Positions 24,101 to 39,100 of a stretch of DNA of 64,000 nt are shown here, one piece after another. Under the pieces are notes generated by a model that made no database searches, was not told the origin of the DNA, and saw only the letters and a list, made by a program, of their open reading frames with translations. The stretch is from Eledone cirrhosa. Its lineage: Eukaryota. The translations under genes were made by a program, and so were the position numbers. Where the stretch lies: contig OZ024764.1 of NCBI GenBank assembly GCA_964016885.1, forward strand, positions 21,390,001-21,454,000, written 5' to 3'. The stretch's first letter is position 1. Every line of letters begins with the position of its first letter.

Positions 24101-27100
24101 ACTTTTATCAGTCAGTTTAATCTAATGTCACTAATAACTACTTTTATCAGTCAGTTTAATCTGTCACTAATAACTACTTTTATCAGTCAGTTTAATCTAA
24201 TGTCACTAATAACTACTTTTATCAGTCAGTATAATCTACTGCCACTAATAACTACTTTTATCAGTCAGTATAATCTAATGTCACTAATAACAACTTTTAT
24301 CAGTCAGTTTAATCTAATGTCACTAATAACTACTTTTATCAGTCAGTTTAATCTGTCACTAATAACTACTTTCATCAGTCAGTTTAATCTACTGCCACTA
24401 ATAACTACTTTTATCAGTCAGTATAATCTAATGTCACTAATAACTACTTTTATCAGTCAGTTTAATCTGTCACTAATAACTACTTTTATCAGTCAGTTTA
24501 ATCTACTGCCACTAATAACTACTTTTATCAGTCAGTATAATCTAATGTCACTAATAACTACTTTTATCAGTCAGTATAATCTACTGTCACTAACTACTTT
24601 TATCAGTCAGTTTAATCTAATGTCACTAATAACTACTTTTATCGGTCAGTTTAATCTAATGTAATAACTACTTTTATCAGTCAGTTTAATCTAATGTCAC
24701 TAATAACTACTTTTATCAGTCAGTTTAATCTAATGTCACTAATAACTACTTTTATCAGTCAGTTTAATCTAATGTAATAACTACTTTTATCAGTCAGTTT
24801 AATCTAATGTAATAACTACTTTTATCAGTCAGTTTAATCTAATGTCACTAATAACTACTTTTATCAGTCAGTTTAATCTAATGTAATAACTACTTTTATC
24901 AGTCAGTTTTAATCTAATGTCACTAATAACTACTTTTATCAGTCAGTTCAATCTAATGTCACTAATAACTACTTTTATCAGTCAGTTTAATCTAATGTAA
25001 TAACTACTTTTATCAGTCAGTTTTAATCTAATGTCACTAATAACTACTTTTATCTGTCAGTATAATATAAAGTCACTAATAACTACTTTTATCAGTCAGT
25101 ATAATCTAATGTCACTAATAACTACTTTTATCTGTCAGTATAATCTAATGTCACTAATAACTACTTTTATCTGTCAGTATAATCTAATGTCACTAATAAC
25201 TACTTTTATCTGTCAGTATAATCTAATGTCACTAATAACTACTTTTATCAGTCAGTTTAATCTAATGTCACTAATAACTACTTTTATCAGTCAGTATAAT
25301 CTAATGTCACTAATAACTACTTTTATCAGTCAGTTTAATCTAATGTCACTAATAACTACTTTTATCAGTCAGTTTAATCTAATGTAATAACTACTTTTAT
25401 CAGTCAGTTTTAATCTAATGTCACTAATAACTACTTTTATCAGTCAGTTTAATCTAATGTCACTAATAACTACTTTTATCAATCAGTTTAATCTAATGTC
25501 ACTAATAACTACTTTTATCAGTCAGTTTAATCTAATGTCACTAATAACTACTTTTATCAGTCAGTTTAATCTAATGTCACTAATAACTACTTTTATCAGT
25601 CAGTTTAATCTAATGTAATAACTACTTTTATCAGTCAGTTTTAATCTAATGTCACTAATAACTACTTTTATCAGTGAGTTTAATCTAATGTAATAACTAC
25701 TTTTATCAGTCAGTATAATCTAATGTCACTAATAACTACTTTTATCAGTCAGTTTTAATCTAATGTCACTAATAACTACTTTTATCAGTCAGTTTAATCT
25801 AATGTCACTAATAACTACTTTTATCAGTCAGTTTAATCTAATGTAATAACTACTTTTATCAGTCAGTTTTAATCTAATGTCACTAATAACTACTTTTATC
25901 AGTCAGTTTAATCTAATGTAATAACTACTTTTATCAGTCAGTATAATCTAATGTCACTAATAACTACTTTTATCAGTCAGTATAATCTAATGTCACTAAT
26001 AACTACTTTTATCAGTCAGTTTAATCTAATGTCACTAATAACTACTTTTATCAGTCAGTTTAATCTAATGTCACTAATAACTACTTTTATCAGTCAGTAT
26101 AATCGAATGTCACTAATAACTACTTTTATCAATCAGTTTAATCTAATGTAATAACTACTTTTATCAGTCAGTATAATCTAATGTCACTAATAACTACTTG
26201 TATCAGTCAGTATAATCTAATGTCACTAATAACTACTTGTATCAGTCAGTATAATCTAATGTCACTAATAACTACTTTTATCAGTCAGTTTAATCTAATG
26301 TCACTAATAACTACTTTTATCAGTCAGTTTAATCTAATGTAATAACTACTTTTATCAGTCAGTATAATCTAATGTCACTAATAACTACTTTTATCAGTCA
26401 GTATAATCTAATGTCACTAATAACTACTTTTATCAGTCAGTATAATCTAATGTCACTAATAACTACTTTTATCAGTCAGTATAATCTAATGTCACTAATA
26501 ACTACTTTTATCAGTCAGTATAATCTAATGTCACTAATAACTACTTTTATCAGTCAGTATAATCTAATGTCACTAATAACTACTTTTATCAGTCAGTTTA
26601 ATCTAATGTCACTAATAACTACTTTTATCAGTCAGTTTAATCTAATGTCACTAATAACTACTTTTATCAGTCAGTTTAATCTAATGTCACTAATAACTAC
26701 TTTTATCAGTCAGTTTAATCTAATGTCACTAATAACTACTTTTATCAGTCAGTTTAATCTAATGTCACTAATAACTACTTTTATCAGTCAGTTTAATCTA
26801 ATGTAATAACTACTTTTATCAGTCAGTTTTAATCTAATGTCACTAATAACTACTTTTATCAGTCAGTTTAATCTAATGTAATAACTACTTTTATCAGTCA
26901 GTATAATCTAATGTCACTAATAACTACTTTTATCAGTCAGTTTTAATCTAATGTCACTAATAACTACTTTTATCAGTCAGTTTAATCTAATGTCACTAAT
27001 AACTACTTTTATCAGTCAGTTTAATCTAATGTAATAACTACTTTTATCAGTCAGTTTTAATCTAATGTCACTAATAACTACTTTTATCAGTCAGTTTAAT

Positions 27101-30100
27101 CTAATGTAATAACTACTTTTATCAGTCAGTATAATCTAATGTCACTAATAACTACTTTTATCAGTCAGTATAATCTAATGTCACTAATAACTACTTTTAT
27201 CAGTCAGTTTAATCTAATGTCACTAATAACTACTTTTATCAGTCAGTTTAATCTAATGTCACTAATAACTACTTTTATCAGTCAGTATAATCGAATGTCA
27301 CTAATAACTACTTTTATCAATCAGTTTAATCTAATGTAATAACTACTTTTATCAGTCAGTATAATCTAATGTCACTAATAACTACTTGTATCAGTCAGTA
27401 TAATCTAATGTCACTAATAACTACTTGTATCAGTCAGTATAATCTAATGTCACTAATAACTACTTTTATCAGTCAGTTTAATCTAATGTCACTAATAACT
27501 ACTTTTATCAGTCAGTTTAATCTAATGTCACTAATAACTACTTTTATCAGTCAGTTTAATCTAATGTAATAACTACTTTTATCAGTCAGTTTTAATCTAA
27601 TGTCACTAATAACTACTTTTATCAGTCAGTTTAATCTAATGTAATAACTACTTTTATCAGTCAGTATAATCTAATGTCACTAATAACTACTTTTATCAGT
27701 CAGTATAATCTAATGTCACTAATAACTACTTTTATCAGTCAGTTTAATCTAATGTCACTAATAACTACTTTTATCAGTCAGTTTAATCTAATGTCACTAA
27801 TAACTACTTTTATCAGTCAGTATAATCGAATGTCACTAATAACTACTTTTATCAATCAGTTTAATCTAATGTAATAACTACTTTTATCAGTCAGTATAAT
27901 CTAATGTCACTAATAACTACTTGTATCAGTCAGTATAATCTAATGTCACTAATAACTACTTGTATCAGTCAGTATAATCTAATGTCACTAATAACTACTT
28001 TTATCAGTCAGTTTAATCTAATGTCACTAATAACTACTTTTATCAGTCAGTTTAATCTAATGTAATAACTACTTTTATCAGTCAGTATAATCTAATGTCA
28101 CTAATAACTACTTTTATCAGTCAGTATAATCTAATGTCACTAATAACTACTTTTATCAGTCAGTATAATCTAATGTCACTAATAACTACTTTTATCAGTC
28201 AGTATAATCTAATGTCACTAATAACTACTTTTATCAGTCAGTATAATCTAATGTCACTAATAACTACTTTTATCAGTCAGTATAATCTAATGTCACTAAT
28301 AACTACTTTTATCAGTCAGTTTAATCTAATGTCACTAATAACTACTTTTATCAGTCAGTTTAATCTAATGTCACTAATAACTACTTTTATCAGTCAGTTT
28401 AATCTAATGTCACTAATAACTACTTTTATCAGTCAGTTTAATCTAATGTCACTAATAACTACTTTTATCAGTCAGTTTAATCTAATGTCACTAATAACTA
28501 CTTTTATCAGTCAGTTTAATCTAATGTAATAACTACTTTTATCAGTCAGTTTTAATCTAATGTCACTAATAACTACTTTTATCAGTCAGTTTAATCTAAT
28601 GTAATAACTACTTTTATCAGTCAGTATAATCTAATGTCACTAATAACTACTTTTATCAGTCAGTTTTAATCTAATGTCACTAATAACTACTTTTATCAGT
28701 CAGTTTAATCTAATGTCACTAATAACTACTTTTATCAGTCAGTTTAATCTAATGTAATAACTACTTTTATCAGTCAGTTTTAATCTAATGTCACTAATAA
28801 CTACTTTTATCAGTCAGTTTTAATCTAATGTCACTAATAACTACTTTTATCAGTCAGTTTAATCTAATGTAATAACTACTTTTATCAGTCAGTATAATCT
28901 AATGTCACTAATAACTACTTTTATCAGTCAGTATAATCTAATGTCACTAATAACTACTTTTATCAGTCAGTTTAATCTAATGTCACTAATAACTACTTTT
29001 ATCAGTCAGTTTAATCTAATGTCACTAATAACTACTTTTATCAGTCAGTATAATCGAATGTCACTAATAACTACTTTTATCAATCAGTTTAATCTAATGT
29101 AATAACTACTTTTATCAGTCAGTATAATCTAATGTCACTAATAACTACTTGTATCAGTCAGTATAATCTAATGTCACTAATAACTACTTGTATCAGTCAG
29201 TATAATCTAATGTCACTAATAACTACTTTTATCAGTCAGTTTAATCTAATGTCACTAATAACTACTTTTATCAGTCAGTTTAATCTAATGTAATAACTAC
29301 TTTTATCAGTCAGTATAATCTAATGTCACTAATAACTACTTTTATCAGTCAGTATAATCTAATGTCACTAATAACTACTTTTATCAGTCAGTATAATCTA
29401 ATGTCACTAATAACTACTTTTATCAGTCAGTATAATCTAATGTCACTAATAACTACTTTTATCAGTCAGTTTAATCTAATGTCACTAATAACTACTTTTA
29501 TCAGTCAGTATAATCTAATGTCACTAATAACTACTTTTATCAGTCAGTTTAATCTAATGTCACTAATAACTACTTTTATCAGTCAGTTTAATCTAATGTC
29601 ACTAATAACTACTTTTATCAGTCAGTTTAATCTAATGTCACTAATAACTACTTTTATCAGTCAGTTTAATCTAATGTCACTAATAACTACTTTTATCAGT
29701 CAGTTTAATCTAATGTCACTAATAACTACTTTTATCAGTCAGTTTAATCTAATGTAATAACTACTTTTATCAGTCAGTTTAATCTAATGTCACTAATAAC
29801 TACTTTTATCAGTCAGTTTAATCTAATGTCACTAATAACTACTTTTATCAGTCAGTTTAATCTAATGTCACTAATAACTACTTTTATCAGTCAGTTTAAT
29901 CTAATGTCACTAATAACTACTTTTATCAGTCAGTTTAATCTAATGTCACTAATAACTACTTTTATCAGTCAGTTTAATCTAATGTCACTAATAACTACTT
30001 TTATCAGTCAGTTCAATCTAATGTCACTAATAACTACTTTTATCAGTCAGTTCAATCTAATGTCACTAATAACTACTTTTATCAGTCAGTTTAATCTAAT

Positions 30101-33100
30101 GTCACTAATAACTACTTTTATCAGTCAGTATAATCTAATGTCACTAATAACTACTTTTATCAGTCAGTATAATCTAATGTCACTAATAACTACTTTTATC
30201 AGTCAGTTTAATCTAATGTAATAACTACTTTTATCCGTCAGTTTAATCTAATGTCACTAATAACTACTTTTATCAGTCAGTTTAATCTAATGTAATAACT
30301 ACTTTTATCAGTCAGTATAATCTAATGTCACTAATAACTACTTTTATCAGTCAGTATAATCTAATGTCACTAATAACTACTTTTATCAGTCAGTATAATC
30401 TAATGTCACTAATAACTACTTTTATCAGTCAGTATAATCTAATGTCACTAATAACTACTTTTATCAGTCAGTTTAATCTAATGTCACTAATAACTACTTT
30501 TATCAGTCAGTATAATCTAATGTCACTAATAACTACTTTTATCAGTCAGTATAATCTAATGTCACTAATAACTACTTTTATCAGTCAGTATAATCTAATG
30601 TCACTAATAACAACTTTTATCAGTCAGTTTAATCTAATGTCACTAATAACTACTTTTATCAGTCAGTTTAATCTGTCACTAATAACTACTTTTATCAGTC
30701 AGTTTAATCTAATGTCACTAATAACTACTTTTATCAGTCAGTATAATCTACTGCCACTAATAACTACTTTTATCAGTCAGTATAATCTAATGTCACTAAT
30801 AACAACTTTTATCAGTCAGTTTAATCTAATGTCACTAATAACTACTTTTATCAGTCAGTTTAATCTGTCACTAATAACTACTTTCATCAGTCAGTTTAAT
30901 CTACTGCCACTAATAACTACTTTTATCAGTCAGTATAATCTAATGTCACTAATAACTACTTTTATCAGTCAGTTTAATCTGTCACTAATAACTACTTTTA
31001 TCAGTCAGTTTAATCTACTGCCACTAATAACTACTTTTATCAGTCAGTATAATCTAATGTCACTAATAACTACTTTTATCAGTCAGTATAATCTACTGTC
31101 ACTAACTGCTTTTATCAGTCAGTTTAATCTAATGTCACTAATAACTACTTTTATCGGTCAGTTTAATCTAATGTAATAACTACTTTTATCAGTCAGTTTA
31201 ATCTAATGTCACTAATAACTACTTTTATCAGTCAGTTTAATCTAATGTCACTAATAACTACTTTTATCAGTCAGTTTAATCTAATGTAATAACTACTTTT
31301 ATCAGTCAGTTTAATCTAATGTAATAACTACTTTTATCAGTCAGTTTAATCTAATGTCACTAATAACTACTTTTATCAGTCAGTTTAATCTAATGTAATA
31401 ACTACTTTTATCAGTCAGTTTTAATCTAATGTCACTAATAACTACTTTTATCAGTCAGTTCAATCTAATGTCACTAATAACTACTTTTATCAGTCAGTTT
31501 AATCTAATGTAATAACTACTTTTATCAGTCAGTTTTAATCTAATGTCACTAATAACTACTTTTATCTGTCAGTATAATATAAAGTCACTAATAACTACTT
31601 TTATCAGTCAGTATAATCTAATGTCACTAATAACTACTTTTATCTGTCAGTATAATCTAATGTCACTAATAACTACTTTTATCTGTCAGTATAATCTAAT
31701 GTCACTAATAACTACTTTTATCTGTCAGTATAATCTAATGTCACTAATAACTACTTTTATCAGTCAGTTTAATCTAATGTCACTAATAACTACTTTTATC
31801 AGTCAGTATAATCTAATGTCACTAATAACTACTTTTATCAGTCAGTTTAATCTAATGTCACTAATAACTACTTTTATCAGTCAGTTTAATCTAATGTAAT
31901 AACTACTTTTATCAGTCAGTTTTAATCTAATGTCACTAATAACTACTTTTATCAGTCAGTTTAATCTAATGTCACTAATAACTACTTTTATCAATCAGTT
32001 TAATCTAATGTCACTAATAACTACTTTTATCAGTCAGTTTAATCTAATGTCACTAATAACTACTTTTATCAGTCAGTTTAATCTAATGTCACTAATAACT
32101 ACTTTTATCAGTCAGTTTAATCTAATGTAATAACTACTTTTATCAGTCAGTTTTAATCTAATGTCACTAATAACTACTTTTATCAGTGAGTTTAATCTAA
32201 TGTAATAACTACTTTTATCAGTCAGTATAATCTAATGTCACTAATAACTACTTTTATCAGTCAGTTTTAATCTAATGTCACTAATAACTACTTTTATCAG
32301 TCAGTTTAATCTAATGTCACTAATAACTACTTTTATCAGTCAGTTTAATCTAATGTAATAACTACTTTTATCAGTCAGTTTTAATCTAATGTCACTAATA
32401 ACTACTTTTATCAGTCAGTTTAATCTAATGTAATAACTACTTTTATCAGTCAGTATAATCTAATGTCACTAATAACTACTTTTATCAGTCAGTATAATCT
32501 AATGTCACTAATAACTACTTTTATCAGTCAGTTTAATCTAATGTCACTAATAACTACTTTTATCAGTCAGTTTAATCTAATGTCACTAATAACTACTTTT
32601 ATCAGTCAGTATAATCGAATGTCACTAATAACTACTTTTATCAATCAGTTTAATCTAATGTAATAACTACTTTTATCAGTCAGTATAATCTAATGTCACT
32701 AATAACTACTTGTATCAGTCAGTATAATCTAATGTCACTAATAACTACTTGTATCAGTCAGTATAATCTAATGTCACTAATAACTACTTTTATCAGTCAG
32801 TTTAATCTAATGTCACTAATAACTACTTTTATCAGTCAGTTTAATCTAATGTAATAACTACTTTTATCAGTCAGTATAATCTAATGTCACTAATAACTAC
32901 TTTTATCAGTCAGTATAATCTAATGTCACTAATAACTACTTTTATCAGTCAGTATAATCTAATGTCACTAATAACTACTTTTATCAGTCAGTATAATCTA
33001 ATGTCACTAATAACTACTTTTATCAGTCAGTATAATCTAATGTCACTAATAACTACTTTTATCAGTCAGTATAATCTAATGTCACTAATAACTACTTTTA

Positions 33101-36100
33101 TCAGTCAGTTTAATCTAATGTCACTAATAACTACTTTTATCAGTCAGTTTAATCTAATGTCACTAATAACTACTTTTATCAGTCAGTTTAATCTAATGTC
33201 ACTAATAACTACTTTTATCAGTCAGTTTAATCTAATGTCACTAATAACTACTTTTATCAGTCAGTTTAATCTAATGTCACTAATAACTACTTTTATCAGT
33301 CAGTTTAATCTAATGTAATAACTACTTTTATCAGTCAGTTTTAATCTAATGTCACTAATAACTACTTTTATCAGTCAGTTTAATCTAATGTAATAACTAC
33401 TTTTATCAGTCAGTATAATCTAATGTCACTAATAACTACTTTTATCAGTCAGTTTTAATCTAATGTCACTAATAACTACTTTTATCAGTCAGTTTAATCT
33501 AATGTCACTAATAACTACTTTTATCAGTCAGTTTAATCTAATGTAATAACTACTTTTATCAGTCAGTTTTAATCTAATGTCACTAATAACTACTTTTATC
33601 AGTCAGTTTAATCTAATGTAATAACTACTTTTATCAGTCAGTATAATCTAATGTCACTAATAACTACTTTTATCAGTCAGTATAATCTAATGTCACTAAT
33701 AACTACTTTTATCAGTCAGTTTAATCTAATGTCACTAATAACTACTTTTATCAGTCAGTTTAATCTAATGTCACTAATAACTACTTTTATCAGTCAGTAT
33801 AATCGAATGTCACTAATAACTACTTTTATCAATCAGTTTAATCTAATGTAATAACTACTTTTATCAGTCAGTATAATCTAATGTCACTAATAACTACTTG
33901 TATCAGTCAGTATAATCTAATGTCACTAATAACTACTTGTATCAGTCAGTATAATCTAATGTCACTAATAACTACTTTTATCAGTCAGTTTAATCTAATG
34001 TCACTAATAACTACTTTTATCAGTCAGTTTAATCTAATGTAATAACTACTTTTATCAGTCAGTATAATCTAATGTCACTAATAACTACTTTTATCAGTCA
34101 GTATAATCTAATGTCACTAATAACTACTTTTATCAGTCAGTATAATCTAATGTCACTAATAACTACTTTTATCAGTCAGTATAATCTAATGTCACTAATA
34201 ACTACTTTTATCAGTCAGTTTAATCTAATGTCACTAATAACTACTTTTATCAGTCAGTATAATCTAATGTCACTAATAACTACTTTTATCAGTCAGTTTA
34301 ATCTAATGTCACTAATAACTACTTTTATCAGTCAGTTTAATCTAATGTCACTAATAACTACTTTTATCAGTCAGTTTAATCTAATGTCACTAATAACTAC
34401 TTTTATCAGTCAGTTTAATCTAATGTCACTAATAACTACTTTTATCAGTCAGTTTAATCTAATGTCACTAATAACTACTTTTATCAGTCAGTTTAATCTA
34501 ATGTAATAACTACTTTTATCAGTCAGTTTAATCTAATGTCACTAATAACTACTTTTATCAGTCAGTTTAATCTAATGTCACTAATAACTACTTTTATCAG
34601 TCAGTTTAATCTAATGTCACTAATAACTACTTTTATCAGTCAGTTTAATCTAATGTCACTAATAACTACTTTTATCAGTCAGTTTAATCTAATGTCACTA
34701 ATAACTACTTTTATCAGTCAGTTTAATCTAATGTCACTAATAACTACTTTTATCAGTCAGTTCAATCTAATGTCACTAATAACTACTTTTATCAGTCAGT
34801 TCAATCTAATGTCACTAATAACTACTTTTATCAGTCAGTTTAATCTAATGTCACTAATAACTACTTTTATCAGTCAGTATAATCTAATGTCACTAATAAC
34901 TACTTTTATCAGTCAGTATAATCTAATGTCACTAATAACTACTTTTATCAGTCAGTTTAATCTAATGTAATAACTACTTTTATCCGTCAGTTTAATCTAA
35001 TGTCACTAATAACTACTTTTATCAGTCAGTTTAATCTAATGTAATAACTACTTTTATCAGTCAGTATAATCTAATGTCACTAATAACTACTTTTATCAGT
35101 CAGTATAATCTAATGTCACTAATAACTACTTTTATCAGTCAGTATAATCTAATGTCACTAATAACTACTTTTATCAGTCAGTATAATCTAATGTCACTAA
35201 TAACTACTTTTATCAGTCAGTTTAATCTAATGTCACTAATAACTACTTTTATCAGTCAGTATAATCTAATGTCACTAATAACTACTTTTATCAGTCAGTA
35301 TAATCTAATGTCACTAATAACTACTTTTATCAGTCAGTATAATCTAATGTCACTAATAACAACTTTTATCAGTCAGTTTAATCTAATGTCACTAATAACT
35401 ACTTTTATCAGTCAGTTTAATCTGTCACTAATAACTACTTTTATCAGTCAGTTTAATCTAATGTCACTAATAACTACTTTTATCAGTCAGTATAATCTAC
35501 TGCCACTAATAACGACTTTTATCAGTCAGTATAATCTAATGTCACTAATAACAACTTTTATCAGTCAGTTTAATCTAATGTCACTAATAACTACTTTTAT
35601 CAGTCAGTTTAATCTGTCACTAATAACTACTTTCATCAGTCAGTTTAATCTACTGCCACTAATAACTACTTTTATCAGTCAGTATAATCTAATGTCACTA
35701 ATAACTACTTTTATCAGTCAGTTTAATCTGTCACTAATAACTACTTTTATCAGTCAGTTTAATCTACTGCCACTAATAACTACTTTTATCAGTCAGTATA
35801 ATCTAATGTCACTAATAACTACTTTTATCAGTCAGTATAATCTACTGTCACTAACTACTTTTATCAGTCAGTTTAATCTAATGTCACTAATAACTACTTT
35901 TATCGGTCAGTTTAATCTAATGTAATAACTACTTTTATCAGTCAGTTTAATCTAATGTCACTAATAACTACTTTTATCAGTCAGTTTAATCTAATGTCAC
36001 TAATAACTACTTTTATCAGTCAGTTTAATCTAATGTAATAACTACTTTTATCAGTCAGTTTAATCTAATGTAATAACTACTTTTATCAGTCAGTTTAATC

Positions 36101-39100
36101 TAATGTCACTAATAACTACTTTTATCAGTCAGTTTAATCTAATGTAATAACTACTTTTATCAGTCAGTTTAATCTAATGTCACTAATAACTACTTTTATC
36201 AATCAGTTTAATCTAATGTCACTAATAACTACTTTTATCAGTCAGTTTAATCTAATGTAATAACTACTTTTATCAGTCAGTTTAATCTAATGTCACTAAT
36301 AACTACTTTTATCAGTCAGTTTAATCTAATGTCACTAATAACTACTTTTATCAGTCAGTTTAATCTAATGTCACTAATAACTACTTTTATCAGTCAGTTT
36401 AATCTAATGTCACTAATAACTACTTTTATCAGTCAGTTTAATCTAATGTCACTAATAACTACTTTTATCAGTCAGTTTAATCTAATGTCACTAATAACTA
36501 CTTTTATCAGTCAGTATAATCTAATGTCACTAATAACTACTTTTATCAGTCAGTTTAATCTAATGTCACTAATAACTACTTTTATCAGTCAGTTTAATCT
36601 AATGTAATAACTACTTTTATCAGTCAGTTTTAATCTAATGTCACTAATAACTACTTTTATCAGTCAGTTTAATCTAATGTCACTAATAACTACTTTTATC
36701 AATCAGTTTAATCTAATGTCACTAATAACTACTTTTATCAGTCAGTTTAATCTAATGTCACTAATAACTACTTTTATCAGTCAGTTTAATCTAATGTCAC
36801 TAATAACTACTTTTATCAGTCAGTTTTAATCTAATGTCACTAATAACTACTTTTATCAGTCAGTTTAATCTAATGTAATAACTACTTTTATCAGTCAGTA
36901 TAATCTAATGTCACTAATAACTACTTTTATCAGTCAGTTTTAATCTAATGTCACTAATAACTACTTTTATCATTCAGTTTAATCTAATGTCACTAATAAC
37001 TACTTTTATCAGTCAGTTTAATCTAATGTAATAACTACTTTTATCAGTCAGTTTTAATCTAATGTCACTAATAACTACTTTTATCAGTCAGTTTAATCTA
37101 ATGTAATAACTACTTTTATCAGTCAGTATAATCTAATGTCACTAATAACTACTTTTATCAGTCAGTATAATCTAATGTCACTAATAACTACTTTTATCAG
37201 TCAGTTTAATCTAATGTCACTAATAACTACTTTTATCAGTCAGTTTAATCTAATGTCACTAATAACTACTTTTATCAGTCAGTATAATCGAATGTCACTA
37301 ATAACTACTTTTATCAGTCAGTTTAATCTAATGTAATAACTACTTTTATCAGTCAGTATAATCTAATGTCACTAATAACTACTTGTATCAGTCAGTATAA
37401 TCTAATGTCACTAATAACTACTTGTATCAGTCAGTATAATCTAATGTCACTAATAACTACTTTTATCAGTCAGTTTAATCTAATGTCACTAATAACTACT
37501 TTTATCAGTCAGTATAATCGAATGTCACTAATAACTACTTTTATCAGTCAGTTTAATCTAATGTAATAACTACTTTTATCAGTCAGTATAATCTAATGTC
37601 ACTAATAACTAATTTTATCAGTCAGTATAATCTAATGTCACTAATAGCTACTTTTATCAGTCAGTATAATCTAATGTCACTAATAACTACTTTTATCAGT
37701 CAGTATAATCGAATGTCACTAATAACTACTTTTATCAGTCAGTATAATCTAATGTCACTAATAACTACTTTTATCAGTCAGTTTAATCTAATGTCACTAA
37801 TAACTACTTTTATCAGTCAGTATAATCGAATGTCACTAATAACTACTTTTATCAGTCAGTTTAATCTAATGTAATAACTACTTTTATCAGTCAGTATAAT
37901 CTAATGTCACTAATAACTACTTTTATCAGTCAGTATAATCTAATGTCACTAATAGCTACTTTTATCAGTCAGTATAATCTAATGTCACTAATAACTACTT
38001 TTATCAGTCAGTATAATCGAATGTCACTAATAACTACTTTTATCAGTCAGTATAATCTAATGTCACTAATAACTACTTTTATCAGTCAGTTTAATCTAAT
38101 GTCACTAATAACTACTTTTATCAGTCAGTATAATCTAATGTCACTAATAACTACTTTTATCAGTCAGTTTAATCTAATGTCACTAATAACTACTTTTATC
38201 AGTCAGTTTAATCTAATGTCACTAATAACTACTTTTATCAGTCAGTTTAATCTAATGTCACTAATAACTACTTTTATCAGTCAGTTTAATCTAATGTCAC
38301 TAATAACTACTTTTATCAGTCAGTTTAATCTAATGTCACTAATAACTACTTTTATCAGTCAGTTTAATCTAATGTAATAACTACTTTTATCAGTCAGTTT
38401 AATCTAATGTCACTAATAACTACTTTTATCAGTCAGTTTAATCTAATGTCACTAATAACTACTTTTATCAGTCAGTTTAATCTAATGTCACTAATAACTA
38501 CTTTTATCAGTCAGTTTAATCTAATGTAATAACTACTTTTATCAGTCAGTTTAATCTAATGTCGCTAATAACTACTTTTATCAGTCAGTTTAAACTAATG
38601 TCACTAATAACTACTTTTATCAGTCAGTTTAATCTAATGTCACTAATAACTACTTTTATCAGTCAGTTCAATCTAATGTCACTAATAACTACTTTTATCA
38701 GTCAGTTCAATCTAATGTCACTAATAACTACTTTTATCAGTCAGTTTAATCTAATGTCACTAATAACTACTTTTATCAGTCAGTTTAATCTAATGTCACT
38801 AATAACTACTTTTATCAGTCAGTTTAATCTAATGTCACTAATAACTACTTTTATCAGTCAGTTTAATCTAATGTAATAACTACTTTTATCAGTCAGTATA
38901 ATCTAATGTCACTAATAACTACTTTTATCAGTCAGTTTTAATCTAATGTCACTAATAACTACTTTTATCAGTCAGTTTAATCTAATGTCACTAATAACTA
39001 CTTTTATCAGTCAGTTTAATCTAATGTAATAACTACTTTTATCAGTCAGTTTTAATCTAATGTCACTAATAACTACTTTTATCAGTCAGTTTAATCTAAT